From an uncultured archaeon (GTDB taxonomy: Archaea; Asgardarchaeota; Thorarchaeia; Thorarchaeales; Thorarchaeaceae): a DNA stretch of 64,000 nt. Location of the stretch: assembly GCA_964610875.1 (NCBI GenBank), contig CAZSWP010000002.1, forward strand, positions 32,001-96,000, written 5' to 3'. The translations under genes and the position numbers were made by a program. The notes beneath the pieces were generated by a model. The model was not told the origin of the DNA and ran no database searches. It saw nothing but the letters and a program-made list of their open reading frames with translations. Positions 29,249 to 38,229 of this stretch are shown here, piece after piece (position 1 is the first letter of the stretch; the number at the start of each line of letters is the position of its first letter).

Positions 29249-30321
29249 TGAAGTCATCAAAGACCATGGATCTCGAGAGAGAAACGGTGGCATCTGTTTC
29301 GAGGGAATATGGTATTCCTATGAACGAGATTCTAAAGTTGGACATGAATGAGAATCTCTTTGTTCACAGAGCATTCCTTCGTCAAATCCTGCAGGATGTA
29401 GTCTTATATTCAGATCCGAGGTTCTATCCTATCAATCAAATCGATGAACTCAGGGTAATCCTTGCTAGTACAATAAATGTGCAAGATGAACAGATTCTGG
29501 TTGGTGCCGGTGGAGACCAGATTATCGACCTCATCTTTCGTGCTTTCAAAAAAGAACGAAGAAAAGTTGTAACTGTTGATCCCACCTTTTCTATGTATAA
29601 GAAATTGTGTGCAGCATCAGAAATAGAGATTTCATTCAGTAGATTGCAGCAGGACTTTTCCTTGAATCTTGATGAAATCCTTGATGATTTTAACTCTCAA
29701 GATTCTATTCTGATGCTCTGTTCACCCAACAATCCCACAGGCAATCAATTTCCACGAGAAACGATTCAAAGACTACTTGATAATTATCAGGGAACATTAG
29801 TCATAGATGAAGCCTATGTAGATTTTGCCAAATTTGACCTCACAAGAAATATCGATGGCAATGAGAAACTCATACTCATTCGCTCATTTTCTAAATCATA
29901 TGGTCTCGCTGGGCTTAGATTGGGATATATGATTTCATCATCAGAAACTATAGGGAGAATACAGAGAACTCTACAGCAACCATACCCCTGCTCAATGATA
30001 TCTATTGAAACGGCCATAAAGGTACTGCAAAAACAACCCTATTTTGATTCCTGCATTAAATACACGATTCAAGAGAGAGACAGGTTGTACAATGAACTGA
30101 ATAAGCTGCAGTCTGTACAACCGTTCGCTTCTGATACTAATTTCATTCTATTCTCAATCGAACAGAATTGGAGAGATGTAAAGAAAGCTCTCATGCAGAG
30201 AGGAATCATCGTAAGAGGCATTGGAGAAGTAGTGGGCTATCCTAATTGTCTACGAGTGACGGTTGGGCCAAGGCCAATGATGTATTTCTTCCTAGACTCT
30301 CTAAAGGAGGTGCTCTCTTGA
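29245..30321 (+). CDS. hisC: Histidinol-phosphate aminotransferase
   Basis: LDMNEN, CSPNNPTG, IDEAY, RSFSKSYGLAGLRLGY. Confidence 0.93.
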   Translation: MMKSSKTMDLERETVASVSREYGIPMNEILKLDMNENLFVHRAFLRQILQDVVLYSDPRFYPINQIDELRVILASTINVQDEQILVGAGGDQIIDLIFRAFKKERRKVVTVDPTFSMYKKLCAASEIEISFSRLQQDFSLNLDEILDDFNSQDSILMLCSPNNPTGNQFPRETIQRLLDNYQGTLVIDEAYVDFAKFDLTRNIDGNEKLILIRSFSKSYGLAGLRLGYMISSSETIGRIQRTLQQPYPCSMISIETAIKVLQKQPYFDSCIKYTIQERDRLYNELNKLQSVQPFASDTNFILFSIEQNWRDVKKALMQRGIIVRGIGEVVGYPNCLRVTVGPRPMMYFFLDSLKEVLS

Positions 30322-30890
30322 GGACTGCTGAAATCAAACGCACAACCAGAGAAACCCAAGTAGAGGTTTCGGTTTCACTGGACGGGGATAAATCAGCTGA
30401 TATAACCACACCAATCCAGTTTCTCAATCATTTGCTTGAGATTCTGAGTTTCCATGGAGGAATCGGTCTTAGAGTGGAAGCTTCAGGAGACCTCGGTCAT
30501 CATATAATTGAAGATATTGCGTTAGTGTTGGGTGCTGCATTAGACAAGGCGCTTGGCGACCGGAAGGGAATCTATCGCTTCGGTGAAGCATGCGTACCAA
30601 TGGATTGCTCTCTAGCTTCCGTCAATCTTGACCTCGGGGGTAGACCCTATTCTGTTGTAAGATTACAGCTAGAACGCGAGATGATTGAGGATGTGGCATC
30701 TGAGGACATCCAGCATTTCATGGAGTCTTTAGCAACCGCATCGCGTGCCAATCTCCACATCAACGTGCAATATGGCAACAATGATCATCACAAGGTAGAG
30801 GCTGCTTTCAAAGCCCTCAGTCTTGCATTACGTAAGGCTGTTGCTGTAGACGGGAGAAGCAGAACTGCAAGCACAAAAGGAGTGATTTGA
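30318..30890 (+). CDS. hisB: Imidazoleglycerol-phosphate dehydratase (monofunctional)
   Basis: RTTRET, HHIIED, PMD, NDHHKVEAAFKA, STKG; TTG 30318 after GGAGGTG. Confidence 0.93.
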   Translation: MRTAEIKRTTRETQVEVSVSLDGDKSADITTPIQFLNHLLEILSFHGGIGLRVEASGDLGHHIIEDIALVLGAALDKALGDRKGIYRFGEACVPMDCSLASVNLDLGGRPYSVVRLQLEREMIEDVASEDIQHFMESLATASRANLHINVQYGNNDHHKVEAAFKALSLALRKAVAVDGRSRTASTKGVI

Positions 30891-30891
30891 G

Positions 30892-31494
30892 GTGAAGAGA
30901 GTAGCGATCATAGATTATGGTTATGGAAACCTGTTTAGTGTGAAGAATGCTCTTTCTTCAGTAAATCTCGAACCATTTGTTACGAACAACTCTAGTGACA
31001 TTACAACCGCCGACGCTGTCGTCATTCCAGGTGTCGGAAACTATAGCTACGCAGTGAAGGAGCTTGGTTCTTTCAGGAGTAGATTAAGAGAATTTGTGGA
31101 AAATGGTGGAACTGTATTTGGTATCTGTCTTGGACTACAACTTCTCTGTAGAGAGAGTGAGGAAGGAGAAGGCAAAGGGCTTTCTTTTCTGGATGCCTCT
31201 GTCAAGAAAATCAGCGCTGACATTGTTCCACACATGGGATGGAATTCATTATCACTTGAAAGCGACTCAGAATTGCTTGGACAAGTGATTGACGAGTCAT
31301 ACGTATACTTTGTGCACTCTTACTGTGTAGAACCAGTTAATTCCTCGATAGTAAGAGCAGTCACTTACTATGGAGAGAAAATAACCGCGGTTGTCGAAGA
31401 TGGCTCTTTACTTGGAACGCAGTTTCATCCAGAGAAATCTGGACCTGTTGGACTCCAGATATTAGACAACTTTGCAGGAATACTGAGGAGATGA
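30892..31494 (+). CDS. hisH: Imidazole glycerol phosphate synthase glutaminase subunit
   Basis: IDYGYGNL, PGVG, GICLGLQ, PHMGWN, YFVHSY, QFHPEKS. Confidence 0.95.
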   Translation: MKRVAIIDYGYGNLFSVKNALSSVNLEPFVTNNSSDITTADAVVIPGVGNYSYAVKELGSFRSRLREFVENGGTVFGICLGLQLLCRESEEGEGKGLSFLDASVKKISADIVPHMGWNSLSLESDSELLGQVIDESYVYFVHSYCVEPVNSSIVRAVTYYGEKITAVVEDGSLLGTQFHPEKSGPVGLQILDNFAGILRR

Positions 31495-32225
31495 TAGAAG
31501 TGGACTTAATACCAGCTATAGATCTCCTTGATGGCAATGTAGTAAGACTTGTGAACGGGCTTCCAGAATATGCAACAGTCTATTATAAGCAAGACGAAGT
31601 ACAAAAGTGCATCTTTGAATTTGTCAACATGGGAATTGATTGTATCAATATCATAGACCTCAATGCCACATTGGGAACAGGTAGTAATCTTTTCTTAATT
31701 GAGGAGATTCTTCCAAAGCTGTCAGTTCAAGTGAATGTTGGTGGGGGAATCCATGACTATGAGTGTGCTGTGAATATTCTATCAAGTACATGTTCGAATA
31801 TAATAGTGGGTTCAATGGCCTTTGAGTCGCAAGAAGTTCTGGTAGATCTCATCGACGAGTATCAGGAACGAATCATAGTTGCTCTTGACTACAAGGGACA
31901 AGATATACTCACGAGAGGATGGAAACGGAACACGGGAGTGACCATCAAAAAAGCATTTGATATGTTTGAATCCATGGGAGTACAAAGCTTTCTCATAACA
32001 TCAGTAGAGAAAGACGGCACACTAATGGGACCTGACATTGAAACGCTTTCTAACATTAGAACCTACACAGAATCTAATCTCATTAGTGCAGGAGGCATCA
32101 GGAACGTTTCAGATTTATTGCATCTCAAGGAGATTGGAATGGATTCTGCAGTATTGGGAAAGGCACTCTATGAAAGAACTATCAGACTCGACCAAGCGTT
32201 GAGAGTCTTACGGAGGGAAGGATAA
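31491..32225 (+). CDS. hisA: ProFAR isomerase
   Basis: IPAIDL..G.VVRL, VGGGI, DGTLMGPD, SAGGI, GKALYE. Confidence 0.92.
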   Translation: MIEVDLIPAIDLLDGNVVRLVNGLPEYATVYYKQDEVQKCIFEFVNMGIDCINIIDLNATLGTGSNLFLIEEILPKLSVQVNVGGGIHDYECAVNILSSTCSNIIVGSMAFESQEVLVDLIDEYQERIIVALDYKGQDILTRGWKRNTGVTIKKAFDMFESMGVQSFLITSVEKDGTLMGPDIETLSNIRTYTESNLISAGGIRNVSDLLHLKEIGMDSAVLGKALYERTIRLDQALRVLRREG

Positions 32226-32226
32226 C

Positions 32227-32985
32227 ATGCTGGCGAAGAGAATCATCCCATGCCTTGATATCAAAGAAGGGCGTGTCGTGAAAGGAATAAATTTCCTCAA
32301 CCTGAGAGATGCTGGTGACCCAGTTGAGCTGGCTAAAAGGTATAGAAACGCAGGTGCAGATGAACTTGTGTTCCTCGATATCACTGCATCACACCAGAAT
32401 AGAAAGACTGTCGCAGACCTTGTCAGGAATATTGCTGCTTCCATAGACATACCCTTCACAGTTGGAGGAGGTATATCTTCAGTGGACGATGCGAGAACAA
32501 TACTCAGCAATGGTGGAGATAAAGTATCAGTCAACACAGCAGCGGTCAATAATCCATCTCTGCTTATGGAGCTGGCTGATGCTTTTGGAAGACAGTGTGT
32601 TGTTTTGGCAATTGATGCCGAGAAGAAGCAGCAATCAACCAATTATAGGGTTTTCACCCATGGTGGGAGAAATCCAACGGGATTAGAAGCTTCAGAGTGG
32701 GCATCAAGAGGAACTATGCTTGGTGCAGGAGAGATTCTACTAACATCCATGAATCGTGATGGTACTCGAGAAGGATATGATTTTGACCTTATCCGTCAAG
32801 TCACAAAGTCAGTGACTGTACCTGTAATAGCTAGTGGAGGAGCAGGTGAACCCGAGCACTTTTTGGAAGTATTCAAAAAAACGTCAGCATCAGCAGCTCT
32901 GGCCGCGTCGGTATTTCACTATGATCAGTACCCTGTTCAAATAGTGAAGAGTTACCTGAAACAAAGGGGGATTCTAGTACGATGA
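32227..32985 (+). CDS. hisF: Imidazole glycerol phosphate synthase cyclase subunit
   Basis: MLAKRIIPCLD, ADELVFLDITAS, GEILLTSM, IASGGAG. Confidence 0.97.
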   Translation: MLAKRIIPCLDIKEGRVVKGINFLNLRDAGDPVELAKRYRNAGADELVFLDITASHQNRKTVADLVRNIAASIDIPFTVGGGISSVDDARTILSNGGDKVSVNTAAVNNPSLLMELADAFGRQCVVLAIDAEKKQQSTNYRVFTHGGRNPTGLEASEWASRGTMLGAGEILLTSMNRDGTREGYDFDLIRQVTKSVTVPVIASGGAGEPEHFLEVFKKTSASAALAASVFHYDQYPVQIVKSYLKQRGILVR

Positions 32986-33323
32986 AACGTGAATATACTA
33001 TTGCTGAACTCGACTTCAAGAAAAGCAATGGTCTGATTCCTGTTGTTGTTCAAGAGTATTCTACAACTGAAGTACTCACTCTTGCCTATGTGAATGAAAC
33101 TGCCTTGAGAATGTCATGTGAATCGGGATTCGCTCACTACTACAGAAGATCCAAAGGGAGAGTAATGATGAAAGGCGTTACTTCTGGGAATACACAAGAG
33201 ATTGTCAAGATTCTAGTTGATTGCGATGCTGATGCTCTTGTATACCTTGTTAGACAGAAAGGTCCAGCGTGTCATCTTGATGAAGGTTCGTGTTTCCATA
33301 ATGTGCTCCAATTGGAAGAGTAA
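32982..33323 (+). CDS. hisI: Phosphoribosyl-AMP cyclohydrolase (no fused HisE domain)
   Basis: GLIPVVVQ, KGVTSGN, DCDADAL, GPACH, SCF. Confidence 0.93.
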   Translation: MKREYTIAELDFKKSNGLIPVVVQEYSTTEVLTLAYVNETALRMSCESGFAHYYRRSKGRVMMKGVTSGNTQEIVKILVDCDADALVYLVRQKGPACHLDEGSCFHNVLQLEE

Positions 33324-33343
33324 AGGTCTCTTGAATCCGCATT

Positions 33344-33880
33344 TCATTCCAATGCGGGTTCATTCTTTTTCCACGGTGATAAACGAGGAATCCATCGGGG
33401 AACGTTCTTTTTGTACTCTAGATATGCATCCCCGAATCGCTTCTCTAGACCAGGTTCTTCAGATTTTATGAAATATATATGATTGCCAAATAGGAAGAAG
33501 ACACACCAGAATAGAATGAATATGGATTGTAGTGCTATAGATTCTGCAAGAAGTAGTATGACAATACCGGATATCATGGGATTCCTTACATAACGATAGA
33601 GACCTTCAATGACCAGATTCTGAGTTGGTGTCCATGGTGCTAATGTTCCTTCACCTATTGCAGCAAATGAGCGGATGGATTTTACTGATAGATAGAAGCC
33701 TATTATGAAAAGTGGGAGAGATAGGAGATACCAGCCTATGGATGATAAAATGCTCCAGTATGGTACGACGAATAATTCCTGTGTGTAGATTATCAGTAAG
33801 ATAGGCACGATTATGAGGACTGTGACAGGCAACATGAATGCGAAAAGATGCTGTCTTAGCTTCATATTCATCCATCTCAT
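33344..33880 (-). CDS. Isoprenylcysteine carboxyl methyltransferase / PEMT family membrane protein
   Basis: GEGTLAPW, LVIEGLYRYVRNPM, EEPGLEKRFG..Y..Y...VPRWIP. Confidence 0.85.
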   Translation of the reverse strand: MRWMNMKLRQHLFAFMLPVTVLIIVPILLIIYTQELFVVPYWSILSSIGWYLLSLPLFIIGFYLSVKSIRSFAAIGEGTLAPWTPTQNLVIEGLYRYVRNPMISGIVILLLAESIALQSIFILFWCVFFLFGNHIYFIKSEEPGLEKRFGDAYLEYKKNVPRWIPRLSPWKKNEPALE

Positions 33881-35469
33881 AGACGATCAATCGGTTCGTA
33901 TCCTTTCTTGAGAATTGTATCGACTGCCTGTTGCCATCCATTCATGTAGTCCTTATTGTAATGTGCCCCGCGACATTCTTTTCTCATTCTGGCCATCTTT
34001 ATGATGAGCTCTGCTACGATAGCAATATTACGCAACTCAATGAGGTCTGGCGTAATCTTATAGCCCCAATAAAAACTATTGATTTCCTTGGTAATGAAAT
34101 CGATACGATTTCTTGCACGAATCAATCGTTTTCTAGAACGGACAATACCAACGTAGTTTGCCATGAGTCTTCTAATCTCATCCCACATGTGTTTGATCAC
34201 AATCAATTCATCGGCATCTGTAGCGTTTCCAGGATCCCATGGAGGAATTTCACCGAATTTTCGTTCCTGTTTGACTTCAACTACAGCAGCTTCGACAGCC
34301 TTCTTTCCTAATACCGCTGCTTCTAGTAAGGAATTGGAAGCCATCCTGTTGGCACCGTGAAAACCAGTACAAGCAGTTTCTCCAATCGCATAGAGTCCTT
34401 TCACATCAGTCTGTCCATGAATATTGACCTTCACACCCCCCATCATATAATGAGCAGCGGGTACCACTGGAATCGGTTCTTTGGTCATGTCTATACCGGC
34501 TTCTAGACATGTTTCATAGATAACAGGAAAGCGGTCTTTGACAAACTCAGCATTCTTGAACGAGATGTCAAGCCATACATGGTCAACACCAGTCCGTTTC
34601 ATCTCATTATCAATGGCTCGTGCAACTACATCTCTTGGAGCCAATTCCACATCAGGATGATAGTCTTGCATGAATCGTTTACCATCAGCACCAATCAGAA
34701 TTGCACCTTCACCTCTGAGAGCCTCAGATATCAGAAATGAGCGTAACTTTGGATGAAATAGTAAGCTCGGATGAAATTGGTACATCTCCATGTTCATGAC
34801 CGATGCACCAGCTCGATATGCCATTGCAATGCCATCCCCAGTAGCTACATCAGGGTTGCTTGTGTACACAAAGACTCTTCCAGCACCACCTGTAGCAAGA
34901 ATGGTGACTTTCGCCTGAAATCGCTCTACTTCTGTAGTGTTGATATCAAGAACATACGCCCCTTCTACTTGATTGTTACTCACGAAGAGGTTCACAGCCA
35001 TATGATTCTCATAGATCTTGATGTTAGGTTCCGCTCTCACTTGTCGATTCAAAGCAAGCTCAATATCTTCTCCAGTATGGTCTTTCACATGCAAGACACG
35101 GCGATGTGAATGACCTCCCTCAAGACCCAGGTCATAATCATCACAACCCTCTTCCTTACAGAATACAACACCAGCTTCTTCTAATTCTCTAATTGCCTCA
35201 GGACCTGCTCTCACAAACTCCTCCACCACATCTCTATGACAGAGCCCTGCACCCACACGGATTGTGTCTTCAATGTGAGAGTTGAATGAGTCCTCATCAG
35301 CAACAACTGCTGCAATTCCCCCTTGAGCCCGTTTTGTTGAAGACTCTGAGAGAGTTCGTTTAGTAAGCAGATTCACCTTACCATGCTTTGCAGCTTTCAA
35401 GGCAAATAGTTGACCTGAGAGTCCACTACCTATCACTAAGAAATCCGATTGGTATATTTTGTCCGACAT
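33877..35469 (-). CDS. nadB: L-aspartate oxidase
   Basis: IGSGLSG, AQGGIAAV, EGGHSHRRVLH, QFHP, LISEALRGEG, LAPRDVVARAI, HGANRMASNSLLE. Confidence 0.95.
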   Translation of the reverse strand: MSDKIYQSDFLVIGSGLSGQLFALKAAKHGKVNLLTKRTLSESSTKRAQGGIAAVVADEDSFNSHIEDTIRVGAGLCHRDVVEEFVRAGPEAIRELEEAGVVFCKEEGCDDYDLGLEGGHSHRRVLHVKDHTGEDIELALNRQVRAEPNIKIYENHMAVNLFVSNNQVEGAYVLDINTTEVERFQAKVTILATGGAGRVFVYTSNPDVATGDGIAMAYRAGASVMNMEMYQFHPSLLFHPKLRSFLISEALRGEGAILIGADGKRFMQDYHPDVELAPRDVVARAIDNEMKRTGVDHVWLDISFKNAEFVKDRFPVIYETCLEAGIDMTKEPIPVVPAAHYMMGGVKVNIHGQTDVKGLYAIGETACTGFHGANRMASNSLLEAAVLGKKAVEAAVVEVKQERKFGEIPPWDPGNATDADELIVIKHMWDEIRRLMANYVGIVRSRKRLIRARNRIDFITKEINSFYWGYKITPDLIELRNIAIVAELIIKMARMRKECRGAHYNKDYMNGWQQAVDTILKKGYEPIDRL

Positions 35470-35659
35470 CAAGCTAACCTTCAATTTCCAAATATTCAAC
35501 GCCCATATACAGATTGCGCAAGAGAATCACTTGTTGCATCTTTGATAAAGGTTTAAAACACACCCAGACCTATTAAATATGGGACCAAGCTCCACTATAA
35601 TATATCAGGACATATTATTTCATATATTCTGTTGGGGCTTACAAGCCGGAGTGATTTGA

Positions 35660-36556
35660 ATGAACATCGAAGGAGTAGTCATCTTCGATACAAAGAGTGG
35701 TGTACCACTCTATTCGAAATTGAAAGATGACATTGACTCTTCACTATTCTCAAGTTTCGTGACAGCCATTGGTCATTTTTCCAAAGAATTGAAATTTGGA
35801 GGACTATCTTCATTTACCACAGAAGAGAAGATGATATTTCTAGCTGCACGAGAGTCAACGATAACAGCATTAATCACACCAAAGAGAGAAGAATTCCAAC
35901 AAGCCTATTCGCTAGCCAACGAGCTAGGACGACAATTCGAGGAACGACTTGGAAATGTTGGCACGCTTCAACCAGCAGACTATAAGGAATTCAATATCAT
36001 TGCAGATGATTTCTTGAGAAAGATAAGAGACCCATACACCAGTCGTGTTGCTAGTTTTGTACATATTAAATATGGAGGAGAGATTTCCACAAAGCCACGA
36101 CTGATGAAGGAGTCAGGTACTGAGGGAAGTCTGGATATGATGATTACTCATAGCACAAAGTACGATGAAGATGATGATTCTAGAGGAAAACGAAGTGTGG
36201 CAGAGTCACTTTCTCATTCCTATATTTTCTGCAAGATATCCGAGGGGCGTATGTCCAAAGGAGAGATTATGGAATTCATTGATACCATTGATGGATTTGG
36301 TGCTCGAGTCATGAACAAGGGCAATCTTGATTTTATCCCCTATTTCCCCTCACGTGCTGTGATTGTAGCTCGTGAGTTTAATCAACAAGCCATTGACTAT
36401 CTAAAGAGACTTCCAAAGGATAATGGTTCATCATATATTGATGGAAATCACGTCTTTATGGGTCGAGGAATAAAGAATGCACCTAAAGACATGAAGTGTT
36501 ACTTAGACCTCTATCAATGGCATGATGATCAAGAACCAGAACCTGTAAAGATCTGA
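35660..36556 (+). CDS. Longin-like N-terminal domain fused to a degenerate restriction-endonuclease-fold (Mrr-like) domain
   Basis: N-terminus IFDTKSGVPLYS..DSSLFSSFVTAIGHFSKE is an Asgard longin pattern; C-terminus SLDMM..IFCK..EIMEF..AVIVAREFNQQAIDY. Confidence 0.55.
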   Translation: MNIEGVVIFDTKSGVPLYSKLKDDIDSSLFSSFVTAIGHFSKELKFGGLSSFTTEEKMIFLAARESTITALITPKREEFQQAYSLANELGRQFEERLGNVGTLQPADYKEFNIIADDFLRKIRDPYTSRVASFVHIKYGGEISTKPRLMKESGTEGSLDMMITHSTKYDEDDDSRGKRSVAESLSHSYIFCKISEGRMSKGEIMEFIDTIDGFGARVMNKGNLDFIPYFPSRAVIVAREFNQQAIDYLKRLPKDNGSSYIDGNHVFMGRGIKNAPKDMKCYLDLYQWHDDQEPEPVKI

Positions 36557-36571
36557 TACTTGTTGTTTATA

Positions 36572-37255
36572 TCATCCAACTGTTGTGCCACAGTACTCAC
36601 AGGTAGCTGTCTTACCTCTCTTGAGCTCATTTGCTTGTGATTGTGTAAACTTAGACCCACACATTGGACATAACCACATCTTGGTACCATCTGTGGGAAC
36701 ACTAGCTGATTCTCCTCCAATCTCACCAAGAACGCGTTCTACCCAAGATACGAGTGTAGATTGATTCATTGCGTTGAAAGAAGATAGCGCATCATTCAGT
36801 AGTGGTCTTGCCTCATCAAGGCGACCCATTCCACGTAGAGAATTTGCAAGTCCAAAAGCATTCCAACCAGTATACCAATTATCACCGATACTTCGTGCAA
36901 GCTCCAGACCTCTTTGGAAGAAGTGAGTTGCATCGGGATGATTCATCTGATGTGAAGCTACTTGACCTAACCCCCATAACGCGGCAGCTTGATAAAACAG
37001 GTTCTTCATTCCCAGTGCTTCTACTAGTAATTGGTCATACAATTCCTTGGCTTTCTTGAGATCGCGCAGGTTGATTGTGCAATCACCCATGACGCGTAAA
37101 GCTTCCATGGCACGACCAAGATTCTTCTCTTTTACGAATTTCTTACGTGCATTCTCCGCAGACTTGAATCCTTTCTTGAACTCACGTGTGCTGTGGAGCT
37201 GGACAGCCTGTTGAAGATATTCTTCTGCGTCTGTCATGGATTTACTCTGAAGCAA
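36572..37255 (-). CDS. TPR protein with C-terminal Zn ribbon
   Basis: TPR helices; CPMCG...CEYCG. Confidence 0.8.
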   Translation of the reverse strand: MLQSKSMTDAEEYLQQAVQLHSTREFKKGFKSAENARKKFVKEKNLGRAMEALRVMGDCTINLRDLKKAKELYDQLLVEALGMKNLFYQAAALWGLGQVASHQMNHPDATHFFQRGLELARSIGDNWYTGWNAFGLANSLRGMGRLDEARPLLNDALSSFNAMNQSTLVSWVERVLGEIGGESASVPTDGTKMWLCPMCGSKFTQSQANELKRGKTATCEYCGTTVG

Positions 37256-38189
37256 TCTCAGTTATAAGAGGCTCGACTGGTTCATTCCGTTCATGATCTG
37301 ACATCCTTACTAGTGCAACACCAAGCAAAGCAATAGTACCAGCTATCAGGGAGAGTAAGCTGGGAGGTTCCCCTAGAAGAAAGTCACCAGCAAGACTGAC
37401 GAAGGGTACAAGAAATAGAAATGAAGAGGCTTTTGGAGCCCCAAGAGTTTCAATAGCAGAAAAATACAGCAGATAAGCTAACCCGGACGCAATGACTCCT
37501 GCAAACAGGAGTCCCAATATGGACCAAGCATCAACAATCAGAACCAATTGAGTACCATCTGCAATCATAAGGTAGATGAAAGGTACCACCATGATTGACG
37601 AAACACCATGTTTTACAGTCATAACAATATACATGTCAGCCCCTTCGAGGTAATGCAGAGTGATTGTATAAGCAGCCCACGAAAACAGACCTATCACTGC
37701 AAGAAGAATACCCCAAGCTGCACCAGGCATGAGTGTTAGCGAATTGAAGAGAAAAAGAAGTCCACCAAGTAATCCAAGTAAGAAACCTGTGACCTTCATT
37801 GGAGTTATTTTCTCTTTCAGGAACAATGCTCCGTAAAGTAAAACAACAATTGGATTCAAATTCACTAGTATTGAAGTAGTGCCAGAGGAGATGAATTCAG
37901 CACTCATATGAATTGACATAACGAAAAGTGCAGAGAATAGAGCACTAAGAAAAAGAACTCCTTTGTAAGATTTGGCCTCCTCAGTGATTTGTGATAAGCT
38001 TTTCCTCTGCGAAGCAAGAACAAGGACCATAGTAATCGTACCGAGAAAATATCGAAAGAAGGCATACAAAATTCCTGATACTCTAATTGGAAGTATTCCA
38101 GATAGAATCCTAGCTACCACGAAATTGAGGCCCCATATTGCGATTATCATTACCAACATTAAGTAGGCTCTTCTAGCGGTCACGAACAA
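37242..38189 (-). CDS. DMT/EamA family transporter
   Basis: IWGLNF, LKEKI, AYLLYF; about 10 TM segments. Confidence 0.88.
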   Translation of the reverse strand: MFVTARRAYLMLVMIIAIWGLNFVVARILSGILPIRVSGILYAFFRYFLGTITMVLVLASQRKSLSQITEEAKSYKGVLFLSALFSALFVMSIHMSAEFISSGTTSILVNLNPIVVLLYGALFLKEKITPMKVTGFLLGLLGGLLFLFNSLTLMPGAAWGILLAVIGLFSWAAYTITLHYLEGADMYIVMTVKHGVSSIMVVPFIYLMIADGTQLVLIVDAWSILGLLFAGVIASGLAYLLYFSAIETLGAPKASSFLFLVPFVSLAGDFLLGEPPSLLSLIAGTIALLGVALVRMSDHERNEPVEPLITEIASE

Positions 38190-38229
38190 TTTGCAATTTT
38201 ATCATTCACATAGTCTTTTTGATTACGGA

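Noticed and set aside
33344-33880. ICMT-like gene as evidence for prenylation of the Rab-like protein
   Set aside because: The family is widespread in prokaryotes and the GTPase has no C-terminal Cys motif
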